A DNA stretch of 63,862 nt, filler included, from Intoshia linei (taxonomy: Eukaryota > Animalia > Orthonectida), in NCBI GenBank assembly GCA_001642005.1. It is 4 parts of 4 records of this genome, joined end to end, with 100 filler letters (N's around TTAATTAATTAA, not from the genome) between each part and the next. Parts side by side here need not be neighbours in the genome. Positions count along the whole stretch, not along the records: positions 1 to 27,273 come from LWCA01000440.1; 3 more parts are not named here. The stretch is one strand, 5' to 3'. A program made the position numbers and the translations under genes. Positions within the stretch are counted from its first letter, which is position 1, and every line of letters begins with the position of its first letter. Of the stretch, positions 12,349 through 24,700 are shown piece after piece. The notes under the pieces are model-generated. The model searched no databases, had not been told where the DNA came from, and saw nothing but the letters and a program-made list of their open reading frames with translations.

Positions 12349-12696
12349 AAAAAATTAGAAAATGTGCAATACACCGAAAACTGATTAAAATTTTGTTTAG
12401 ACTCTAAAAACAAGTCTGATGCAAATTTTGAGTTGACCGAAAGTTTACACAATGTTATAAGCTTATTTGATATGGATAATGGATTAAACTTGATGGATTT
12501 ATTTCTTAGAAAATCAAGTTATAAGTGATTGACTGCTAAAATTACATAATTTACTATTTTTAATACAAATGTAATGAGAAATTGAAATACAATTTGTACT
12601 TCACAATGCAATTTCACATTGTGAATCAATATATAAACAAGAAAAATAAAAAATAAACATCGTTTCAATCTTAAATAATATTGTTTTTATTTATGA

Positions 12697-13728
12697 ATGT
12701 CGGTATACTACAAGTGGCTTAAATATTACATAAATACAATAAAAATTAATGGTGGAATAATAGGTTCAGCTAAAAAGATATTTTGGTAATTTTTGTTAAT
12801 ATTTTGATATGAAATACGAAGAAAATTTGAAAAAATACTTATCCAAATTTTTTATATTTTTATTTTTGAAATGATTTGAAACAAAAAATTTCATTTTTTC
12901 ATTTAAAAAAGAAAGGGGAATTTGTGGTTTTGACCATGAAAATGCAATTTTCTGTCATTCAAATTTATTTTAAATTCTGTAATTTAAAAATTGAACCAGA
13001 ATTTATGTTTTTTTTATGTATTTTTTTATTTAAAAAAGAAAGGAGTAATTTGTGGTTTTGACCATGAAAATGCACTGTGATTTCTGTGATTTAAATTTAT
13101 CTTAGATTTTGTAACTTAAAAATTTACTCAAAATTTGTGTTTTTTTTTATTTTTTTTTTCATTATAAAAAAAAGGAGTAATTTGGGGTTTTGACATTAAG
13201 ATGCAAATTGCTATTATTTAAATTTTTTTTATTCTGCAAAAACTGGTATATATTATACTACCTTTAACGTATTTTCTTTATGAACAATCAAATTTAGGAA
13301 TGATACTTTGAAACATGGAAAATGTGTCGGAGAGGACCAATTTGGAAACAAATATTTCTATAATCCTAATTATTTTGTTGGTACACCATTTATACGTAAA
13401 TAGATAAATATTTTTAAAATCCAAGGTCGCAGTAGATGGATAGAGTATTCAAACAAAACGGGTTGGGATTATAATGCAAGTGAAATACCTCCAATGTGGT
13501 AATATTCAAAAAATTTGTTTTTGTATATGTACCTACTACTAAATATAATCTAGGCATGCTTGGATTCATTATCAAACGGATAGTATTCCAAACACAAAAG
13601 AAATTTTAAAAAACCGAAAACCTTGGATGACTGAACACACTGAAAATAAAACTGGAACTATTGATAATTTTTTACCTTACATAACCAGCAAAGATAAAAT
13701 ACAAGAATGGAAAGAAATAAAAAAATGA
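12697..13728 (+). CDS. NDUFA12: NADH dehydrogenase (ubiquinone) 1 alpha subcomplex subunit 12; exons 12697-12785, 13298-13380, 13426-13498, 13554-13728
   Basis: Spliced ...GKCVGEDQFGNKYFYNPNYFVGRSRWIEY...DYNASEIPPMWHAWIHY...WMTEHTENKTGT...KIQEW, the hallmark NDUFA12 motifs. Confidence 0.95.
12880..13235. repeat. Three diverged tandem copies of a ~130-bp unit in NDUFA12 intron 1
   Basis: aaaaaagaaaggrgwaatttgtggttttgaccatgaaaatgca recurs at ~12905, ~13033 and ~13167. Confidence 0.7.
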
Positions 13729-13764
13729 TGAAATTGAAAACATTTAATAAATAAATAATTATAT

Positions 13765-16700
13765 TTATAATTTTTGAATTTCAATTCTTTTTTCAATCTC
13801 CTTGCAAAACTGTATATAATTTATTTCGTCTCCCATTCGATGTGATGACGTAAACATTTCTGATAATAAAGACCATTCATACTCATTTTGAACAAATTTT
13901 GCGATATCTAGAACCCCTAAAATTCGTCTAAATTGATTTTTAGTAACGTATCCATTATTAACAATATCGTAATCCTTAAAAAAATGACTAATTTCGATTT
14001 GACCAAGTTTGACAAATTTTGCAATTTTTAAAAGTACACAATCAGTTTTTTCTATGGCTAAAAAGTTTGTATTTTCAACACTATTCATAACAATTTCCGA
14101 ATCTGAAAACGTCTGAGGTTTAAGATTGAACCGTGGACTCTTTTCCAAATTTTTTTGAGTGAAAGCTGAATTAATGTCATTATAAAACTGAACAATGTTT
14201 ACATATGTTAATTCCTTGTTTTTTGTTTCTTTAATTTTATCACTTTTGTAAATTTTAATTAATTCATCAAATTCATTATTCGACAATTCTATGCCTTGCA
14301 TTGATAATATTCTTCGAAATTGTGAGGCCGAAATATGCCCATGGTGCAACGGATCAAAGTCATTATCCCATTCTGTTATTCTCAAAGATTTATGATAGAC
14401 AATTTGACGAATTTTTTTGATGGCGTTTGTAGTTACATTCTGTTTTTCTAGTGATGAATTTTCAATTTTTGGTTTTGATGTAATGGGTTCACAATTTATC
14501 ATATCTGGATAGTTTGTTTCCATATACGTTTTAAAATCGTTTAGAAAAGTTTTGTAACTAATTTTTCCTTTATATGTGCAATACTTGAGAACATCTTTTA
14601 ATATTCCCGGAATAACTGTATGGGGTTTTCTTGCTTCCAAATTTATTGTTTCGTTTGTTATCAATTCTCCTTTTGTCGGTAATTCTGCACTGTAAATTAG
14701 AAATGAATTTATATTAAAATTAATGTTTTTTAGACCTCTCAAGAAATTGTTTAATGTAACGTAGCCAGAATTATGACTGTCAAACTGAGTAAATGTATCC
14801 TTTATGTCCATTGTATTTGTAGGGTTCATTAGACTGCACAAATTTTCAAATAATTGCGAGTATTCGGTTCCAAAATCTTTTGCTTTTAATTTTCCCATTC
14901 TATTTCCATTGTTGTCTAAATAAAATTGGATATCATCACTGATTCTATCGGTAGGATTCTTGTTAATGTCTGGCTTTGATATTATGTATTCCACGTCATT
15001 TTTAAACAAATTCCAGTTTACCATGTACAATTCATTTTTACCTGATTTAAACAGGTTCTTTTTAATTTGATAAAAATTTGCCAAAAAATCTAAATCTTTT
15101 TGGGGTATTGGAGATTTACCCAATGTACTAAATCCAATATTGCTCAGAATTCTTTTGAATTGTTGTTTTGTTATCATACCTCGACGTAATGGGTCAAAGT
15201 ATAATGGTTCTTCTTCGATTCTGATACGATATCTTAACATGTGATCTCTTATTTTCTTTAATAAGTATTTGCATTTTTGTACATCTTGTGCGTCAAATGG
15301 AATCAAGCTTTCCTCGTTTTCGTTTTCATTGTTAATTTTTTTTAATGATTCATAATCTGTCGGTAGGATATACTTTTCCTTCTCACGTTTGTTTCCATCT
15401 TTTTCAATCTAAATTTATGTTACTTGTGTTATTATAATAATTATAATTATTATCATGAAAATTAATGAATTATGTATTTTTATGTTTTTTAAGTAAATGT
15501 TTCAAACGTTTAATCGTGATTTTTGGAATTATTGTAAAACGGTGTAATTGGGAAGTGTTTTAAAACGGAAAGTTTATAAAAATTATTATTTTGATAAGAT
15601 TTTTTATAAAAACCGTTTTAAATTTTTAAAATTTATTTATTTGCGTATTTGTTCCAGTTTATTTAACCCTTTCACTGTCTGATGCAATTTTATGTACCAT
15701 CACCACACGTCTGGAATTCATGTTTTAATTTAAACTTTTATTATTTTTAAATTACTTATGAGAAAATGTATGAAAATAAAAGAATAACGTTTTTCAAAAT
15801 TATGTTGTGTATATCATAGAATACACAGACGTGCCAAGTGAAATTGCTGTGTATAGTATAGAATACACAGACAGTGAAAGAGTTAAGACAGTAAGGAGAG
15901 TCGAGTTTTACAAATTTCATATCCTTATAAAAGTTTTTTCAGAGTGATTTTTTATCCCAAATTTCAATTTCAGGAATTGAATCGTTCAAGGTTAAAAACC
16001 CCAATTGTCAGTTACGGAGACCCTTGCATATGAGTGGATCTGGTTGTTACTTGTATTTAGTATATTTATATATATTTATTTTTAAATTCTAACCCGTCCT
16101 AGAATTATAAAAAATACACATTCTAATAAAACGTTTTAAATTCATCAATATTATGAAAATTTTCATCTTCAAAATCTTATATCTTCACGGCCAAAACCTC
16201 AAATTACCCTTTTTTTTAAAAATGAAAAAAGTCCTAAAATTTTATATAACATAAATTCTTGCATAGTATTTTAAATCATAAACATTATCATAACTTGTAA
16301 CCTCATAAAAGTGAAATTTCACAAACAATTCCCAGATTACTTTTTTTTTAAAAAATTAAAATATTCCCAGAATTTTAAATAAATTACAGCTAATAGAGTT
16401 ATATCAAATTAAGACATAAAAAAAATTTCAATCTGACAAAGTAAAGCGTTCACGATCAAAAAAGCATTTTAGTATTCATTTTTTTCACCGGGAATGCGTA
16501 GATTTCTGGAGTTGAAATTTTGTATTTATATCAATGGAATAAGCTCTATCAAAATAATTTTTTTTTTAATTTTGGTACCGTTAATTTTGGTAAAAGTGAA
16601 TATAAACATGTTTAATAATTGTGAGATAATTATCTAAGATTAGAAAATTTGACCCTTGGGCAGAGCTAGCTACTGTTTGTACAAAGTACATAACTGTCAA

Positions 16701-18071
16701 GCTAGTCTAATAATAAATTAAACTTTGCAAATTCACCTCATAACTAATCAATTTACAAAAAAGTAAATAATCCACAAAGTTTGAATCTTTGCTAAAGTAT
16801 GAAACCAAATTATCGTAATCATGAGGTTGAAATTGATAAGTTTTAGAAAAAGTCATATCTAGCGCAGACACAAATTTATTGATTAAAATTTTTCCATGTC
16901 CATGTTTATCATAATCTTTGAAAAATTCAATAGGTCTGATACCATAAATGTGTGATATTTTTTTTAGTCTAATAAATAATTTTTCACATTGAACTTTGAA
17001 ATTATCCGAATTTTTCTCTTCTTCTCGTAGAACCTTAATTTCTTGTAATTTTCTAATTTGATGGATTTTTTTGTCTTTATGTTTCAATAAATTTTCATTA
17101 TTTTTACTAATATTCATAAATAATAATAAATCATTATGTAGATTCATGTAATTGACCGTTTCACTTTTAGTTTCATCTTCATATGTGTCAATTATCAAAA
17201 GTTTTTCTAACGTGGAAAGTTTATTATAATATAAACAAGCCCTAGAAAATTGCCATTTTGTAATTGTGCCCATATTATATTGGTCAAAATCCTTACATTC
17301 ATCTCTCAATGTAATTTCAAATGTATTATAATGTAATGCCATTTTTTTTAAACAATGATTCAAGTCATTTCTTTTATTAACAATTTCACTGTTCAAATCA
17401 TCTTTTAAATTGAAATTCTTTTCGATCGTAGAGAATTTGAAACTTTTATTTTCAATTATATTGGATATTGAGTCAATATCTAATGAAAATTTTTTATAAC
17501 AAATTCTACGTTCAAATCCACTTAAGAATCCATAATTAGTAAATATTAATTGTTTTGTTTCATGTGTATACAATTTTTGTGTCAATTGCCACAAAACTCT
17601 GTAAAATTGTGTTTCTGTTATAGAGTTTTTATTCGTCATGTCAAAATCGGCAAAATAATCTACCATACGTATACTTCGAGTGTAAATACATTTCGCAATG
17701 TTGTACATTAGAGATTCAAATGGTTTTTTTTTATCGACATCATCTTTAACATTAAATTTTTCTTGCATGGCTACTTTCGCCATATTGCTGACATTGTTGA
17801 TTTCTTTTTTGTTATTTAAACTCTTTGATACCATTTCATTTTTAACGCAAAAATCGTTGACGTTTTCAGTTTTGTTTATATTAATTTTCTTACTTGAATT
17901 ATCTAGATTTAAGATTGGATAATTTTCATTTCGATTTTTTTCATAATCATGTTCAGTTTCATTTTTAATTGAATCTCGCGTTTCATTTGCTAAATCAAAA
18001 TTTGACTCGTTTTCAAAGTGAACGTGTTTTTCTTGATCCAGGTTTACAGACTTTGATTTCAATGAATTCAT
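13765..18071 (-). CDS. Large multi-EF-hand repeat protein (EFCAB6-like architecture), ~990 aa; exons 18071-16737 and 15408-13765; 5' start uncertain
   Basis: Two long ORFs join in phase 0 (GAG|gtgaat...tttag|ATT). Seven repeats of the type F.D(F/Y)D...G.IT..QF.R.L, each followed by Y..F. Confidence 0.8.
15640..16705 (+). mobile_element. Helitron-like copy in the EF-hand gene intron, with intact 3' hairpin + CTAG
   Basis: Collinear with 32582-33213; ends ctgtttgtacaaagtacataactgtcaagCTAG|t. Confidence 0.75.
15667..15882. mobile_element. piggyBac-type MITE with TTAA TSD, nested in the Helitron
   Basis: ttaa|ccctttcactgtctg ... cagacagtgaaagag|ttaa; the empty site is seen in the 32635-32665 copy. 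Confidence 0.85.
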
Positions 18072-18774
18072 AGATTTGCTTTTTTTTGGTAATTTTGAAT
18101 TAACCTATATATAAATATATTTACGATATATGGTTTGTTTTCATTGTTTTCTATTGGTTTCAGCTGTTGTTGTAATTGTTTAACATGAATGTACATTATT
18201 GTCAATAATTCCAAAAATTAAACATGAGTTTAAAACTGCGTACTGTAAAATTTAAAATTTGTCAAAATTTCTATATTTTATAATTACTACACAATTATAA
18301 TTACCACACAATGCATGTGTAGTACACATGCAATAGATAACACACACTGGTCTGTCATTAGAAAAATAACTGGCTTTTATCTTTTCTATCACAGATTTCA
18401 TAAACTGTAGAATTTTTTCGCCATTTTCTGGGAATTTTGTCAGTGATTTTTCCCCCGGTCACAATCATTAATTTTTATGAAAAAGCTAACAATGGGTTAT
18501 ACTGCCCCCAGATTCAATTAGGTATTTACAATTTTATTTTAATTTATTCTCAGTCATTTCATTTACGATAAATTTTTAGGCTTACAACTATAATCGTATT
18601 GTTTTTATATTTTATTTTTGAATTACTTTGTTAAAAATTTAAAACGTCAGGTCTCAGGATATCTAGCTACTTTTTGTACGAAATTCAAAACAGTCAAGCA
18701 AGTAAAAAATGAACTTTAATATATAATAGAAAAATAATGTACAATTATTGTATTTCAATAAATAATAAATAATC

Positions 18775-21700
18775 TCAACGATCCTCAGCAATGAGCTTGT
18801 TGGCTAATTCAATTAATGTGGTCAATTTAACATGAATTATGTCAAGTTTAATATGAGTTGATTGAATTGTAGATAGTATATTTTTCAATAATTCATTTTT
18901 TCGATTCTTCAATCCATCCTCAACCTTGGTGTCTAAATTTAATTTCATTCAACTGAAATAAACTTAAACTATTTCTTAATTAAAAATAAATATTATTAGA
19001 ATTGTGAACCATCATTTAATTAAAGGAAAACATTTCAATATTTTGATTATTTGTAGTGGTGTTTAAAAAATGCAAAATGTCCTTTATTGTAAAATTTCAA
19101 ATTTTTGAAAATTTCAAAGTTTATTAAATAATTTAAGATTATTATCCCTTAGATTCTACGCTTAGAACCAAAATTAATATCAATGTGATTTTAAAATGGA
19201 CTAAATTTAGAATTGTAAAATATATTACAGTCAGACTCGTCAATAATGATACCCTCAATAATGAATTTTTTGAATTGTGAATGATTTTTTGTAAAATTGT
19301 GACTGCACCATTGTAAAGATTATGGAATTTCATGATTTTATTGAAATGGATCAAATTCATTATAATGAATTTATAAAAAAAGTTTTTAATTTTTAAGCAA
19401 AGTTTTATTTCAACCCGATATTAAAATATTTTGAGGATAATCTTAGTTCCAAAAATTTGTGGGGTTTTTAAGCAAATATTTTTAACATTTATAGGGTCTA
19501 CAAAACCTTTAAAAATTTTGTGAAACAAAATATAAATTGTTGGTTTAACCATTTTCATGGTTACTATTATACTAATTTAACCTAAGACCTAGACCACCTG
19601 TAAATTTTTTGAAATTCTAGGGCTGTTTTTATTAAAAACAGAAGGTTAATTTGTGGTTTTGGCCCTGATAATATAATTTTTTTAAATTTAAATTTATGGT
19701 AATGTTTATGATTTTAAAATCCGTATCAGCGTATATATTTTTTTAAATTCTCGAACTCGTTTGATTTTCAAAAAAAAGACAATTGGGATATATATTTTTT
19801 TAAATTCTCCAACTCGTTTGATTTTCAAAAAGAGGGACAATTTATAAATTCTCCAACTCGTTTGGTTTTCAAAAAAAGGGAAAATTGGGGATTTTGAACC
19901 GTAAGATGTGAGTTTGGAAGGTTGAAATTTATTTTATTATACGTCCCGGAAAAAACTGTAATTGAAATGTGGACTTTATAAAATTCTAAGACTGGTAGTT
20001 ATTTCAATAAACGATAACACAAACAAATATTGCATAGTATATTATAATATGCTATGATTATATAAGTACACACACACAAACAAAAATCGCGTAGCATATT
20101 ATATAAGTTGGGATAAAATGAATTTATTATTATGAAGACTTATCTTAAAATGTTCGTTAAATCAAATCAATGTTTAATAGTGAATCTGTCAAACATCTGA
20201 CATTTAGGGTTGATTATTGACAATTATGACTGTATTAATTTAATTGGTAACGTAATTTACTTCAATTTATTAGGTTTTAAAAAAATAGATCACTATAAGC
20301 CAGTGATTCTTAACCAGTAAACCGCAAAAAAATTGAAGATTATTATATAAATTTTTAAAAATTAATGTCAAAAGTTTACATTGACCATGGCGTGTCAGAC
20401 TCAATTTGCTTGGCGGGCCGCACAAAAAAAATCTATACTCAAAAAATTAAGTTAAAACTAACAGATTTAAATAATTTATAATAATTTTAATTCATAAAAT
20501 GTTCATAATACATTAACTATAGACGCTGGTGAAATTAGACGCTGTAACTATTAAATTATATGTTGCAATAATAATATTGTTGTAAATGTACCTGTTTCGG
20601 TAACATCATGAGTTTCAACGTTCTTATTTTTCATTTTTCCAACTAAAATTCAAAATAAAATTCAATTACAGAATTCATTGACAAACAATATAACAAAGTT
20701 TATATAACTTCAAATATAGCTATAATATTTTTTTATATAATAATTCTTACACTTAATTTTGTTTTATATATGCGACTTATAACAAATATTTACATTATAA
20801 TACGAAAAAACGTGTTTAATGACATGTTAGTAGTAGTAACGACGACAAATGAACTTTTAGAATAATAATACATGCATTAATTAAATTAATATTTGTTTAA
20901 ATAACAAACAGTGTACGTTAGGGTGTCACACCCATCAAAGAATCAAGCATGGTTAGCGTGCAAATCGTGTATTTTAAGGAAAAACCAATTAATATAAAAT
21001 TTTATTTTATTTTCATCAATTCTTCAAAAGTAAATAAATATAATTAATTTTTGTGACGTTTACTATATCTTTCAGCAATTAAAAAATATTAAATTAAAAT
21101 TTAAACAGCAATTAAAACCATTTTGACTTGTAGCAAAGTTAAATTATTGAAACAAGGTGCAACCTCAAAAGTTCGATGGACGTGTCGCCTGATATATGAT
21201 CTGTTACAGTCTAAAAGCATATTTTCTCAATGTAGACAGATCTGAATTAATGTTATCTTTTTTAAGACTTACCGGGTACGATTACTATTATTATTAAGTT
21301 TTGGATGGATGCGAGCTACGCTAAAAAGGTCACGGTCAAAAAAGCATTTTAGTTTTTATATATTTTTTTTTACGAAATATCCAAATATTATATTAAAACA
21401 AAAAATGTGAAATAATTAACGGTCCAAAAATTAAAAAAAAAAATTATTCTGATAGAGCTCATTAAAAAAAATATAATTTGTGGTTTTGGCCCTGAAGATA
21501 TATTATTTTAAATTTAAATTTATGGTTTTAAAATCCGTATCAGAATGTATATATTTTTTTAATTCTTCAACTCGTTTGATTTTCAAAAAAAAACCAATTG
21601 TGGTTGTTGACCCGTAAAATGTAAGTTTGGTAGGTTGAAATTTATTTTGGTAACACCCCCGGAAAAAACTGTAATTGAAATGTGGACTTTATAAAATTTA

Positions 21701-24700
21701 AAAACTGGTAGTTATTGAAATAAACGGGAACACACACACAGACAAATGTTGCGTAGCATATTATATAAGTAAGAATTTTTTAAAGATAATAAAGAATTTT
21801 CTTTTTTTTTTTAAAAATAACTATCGTAATATATCAATCTGTTGCTGTGGTTTCCAAAAAAATATTAAAAAATTACTCCCCAGTCAGGGCCGTGGACAAG
21901 GAGCTAGAGCCATATGGCTCGATCTACAATCATAAGGCCTAATATTTTAACTTATTATTAGGTAATGTTGGAAAATTTCTTAAGTATGTCAAAATTATGA
22001 TGACCAATGCGATTTGAAACTGTTATTTTCAATAATTAAACAATTTATAGACATCCCAACTTAAAAAAATTATAGAGGGGCCTACAATTTCCATCTGGCC
22101 CTGGCCTACTTCTGGCTTTCCACGGCCCCAGTATATAAATATTTTATATAGTCTTACAAATCATTTGCGAAATTTTTTAGGTTTTTATTTATTATTTTAA
22201 TAGCCGCAAGTATGGTAGGTTCGGCTCTGGTACATATATTCAGATATTTAATCATCTTGAATTATAACGTCACTATAAAAAAATTAATGATGTGTTTTTT
22301 AAATTTCCACACTCTTGTTTTTTAAATAATACATTGCAAATTGCAACACTAAAATTCAATTTAAAAAAGAAAAAATTACTTATATTTTTTTCAATTTTAT
22401 ATTCTTCTTCAAGTTTTGTTAAGGCCTTCCTCTCATTATCCGATGATTTATAATTGGTTTTTTTCTTTTTATCCACTTGAATACTTTCTTTCTCAACCAA
22501 CTCAGAGCTTGATGATTTTGCTAAACTATTCTTCTTCCTATCATCTTTTTTGAAAAATTTATTAAACTTCGAAGAAAATGATTGTTTTATAGGTTTTTCT
22601 TCATTTTCAAATTTTCTTTTATTTCTATCTGCATCGGTAATCTTACTTGTTTTATCTTTTAGATCTTTTTCTACCTCTACACTAGACGGACGTGAATCAA
22701 CCATTATTTTTTTATAATCTAAATCTTTGTTAAATGGATTTAATTTTTCGTTGTCCAACTCGTCATTTTTTTCTGCAGCTTTAGATAGAAATGATAATGA
22801 ATTTTTTGTCTTTTGTGTCGATTTTGCATTTTCATCAACTGTTTCAACTTTAGATTTTTTCGTCGTTTCTATTTTTTCAAGCTTATCTAATTTTTCAGGT
22901 TTTTCTAATTTATCAGTTTTTTCCAATTTATCAATTTTTTGAAATTTTTCAACATTCTCAGACATTTCATTAGATTCTGTGGAAAATGGGTTATTTCCAA
23001 TATCATTATTTTTTATTTTTGAAATAAATTTCTTTTTTAATGGTAGTATTTGAGGTTTACCAATTATTTTTTGTTTTTCATCGTTCTGAGAAACTGTTTT
23101 TATTGAATTATTAGGTAATTTAAATTGAACTATATCTGGCTTTTTCGTTATTATACTAGTTTTGAATTTAACATTTTTGGAATCTTCTTTGTTATTCGCA
23201 ATTTGGCCTGAAAAGGCTAGTTTCTTTGGAATTGTTAGATTTTCCAATTTTTCAAATTTCTCAGCTTCACATTCGTTTCCTACTTTATCTGGTATATTTA
23301 AATCATCAATCTTTTCAGTTTCATTTACTTTATCCACTTTATTTATGTTTTGTGTTAAATTTTCATTTTTATTTTTTAATATTCCCGTCATTTCTGTTTT
23401 TAAAACTTCTATGGACTGTCTTTGCTTTAGTATTTCAATTTGACTATATTCTAAAATGATTTTATAATTCGATAAAAAGTTTAAATTTAATATAATTTGA
23501 TAATTTTTTTAAAATACAAAATATGTAATATTTCACGCCATTATCGATCACCTCAGCTTGAAACGAATATAAAACATTTACCAGTGTTTCCTTACTGCCA
23601 TTCAGCATCATTTTCTACTGATCCCAAAAAGTATGCATCAAATAGTAAATTTTATTGCAAATTGTCAAAGGGGTGCCAAAATTTAACAAAAAAATTTAGT
23701 CTGCGTCAATAAATTGACTAACAATCCTTAAATTATTAATATCATTAATTTTGACTATTAAATTATTATGAAATATTACGTTTAGTATAACGTCTTGTTG
23801 GTTTAGGGGGTTTAGATTCTGTATCGAGTGAATCTATTGATAAATTATCATTTTCGCTTTCTTTTTCAGAATACTTTGGCATTTTTTCTTTCGTTATTTC
23901 TGTTAATGTCTTTATTTCTTTTATTTCTTCTTTTTCATTTATTTTTTTTTTGTCATGTATATTTTTATTAAATTTAGTGTTTTCGATTGTTTTTGATTTT
24001 TGTTTATCAAATACTTCGTTTTCTTTTACAGATTCAATATTAATTTCACTTTTTGGTAGGTTTTTAGTAATAGCTTCTATTAATTTTTAATTAAAAATGG
24101 ATTAATAATTATAATGAATATTCCCCTAGTAATATAAATTAGAATTCTGCATTGGATCGTGTTGAGATGATATGTACGAACAAAACGAAACATTTTTGTC
24201 CGAAACACGATCCGACACGATTTATATCAGGGGTCGACAACCAGTGGCCCACATAATAATTTTGTTGACCCTTTTAGTAAATATGTAAATTATTTATTTT
24301 TAAGTTTTTCAACCTTTAAATACCGCTTTACACATTTTCTAATATAATTGGCTCATTATAATTATTTTAATTCTGAATTTTCAGATCGGCCTGGATATTA
24401 TTTTTTGAATATACTGGAATCGTTTCTCTGCAGTTGAAATTAAAATTTATCATGTGTAAATTTTCAGAAACGGGGCCATATACTTTTTTGATATAAAAAG
24501 TGGCCCACGAGACGCAAAAGGTTGCCGACCCCTGATTTATATGATATTATATGATGATAAATATGAAAATTTTGTAAAGACGATCCAAAGTTCTGTTCGG
24601 ATCGGATCGTGTTGCAAAACTCTAATATCAATATAAAAAATACCTTCGAATAATTCGTCTGGTTCTAATATAAAATATTAGTTTTATTAATCTTTGACAA

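Noticed and set aside
12169-12452. Overlapping 71-aa and 80-aa ORFs
   Set aside because: Non-ATG starts, no recognisable motifs; better explained as a by-product of the GC-richer island.
18312-18332. Perfect palindrome tgcatgtgta-g-tacacatgca and a possible 38-aa spliced ORF nearby
   Set aside because: Isolated short palindrome with no supporting motif; the ORF is tiny and unrecognisable.
18775-18932. BAG-domain-like helix as a separate gene
   Set aside because: No consistent upstream exons for a BAG protein; the phase fits the terminal exon of the 26092 gene.
19142-19360. 72-aa hydrophobic ORF
   Set aside because: No recognisable family and no convincing splice connection; it lies within a predicted intron.
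17698-23459. Plus-strand hydrophobic ORFs (17698, 22727, 23162, 23226)
   Set aside because: Antisense shadows of Lys/Glu/Asn-rich minus-strand exons.
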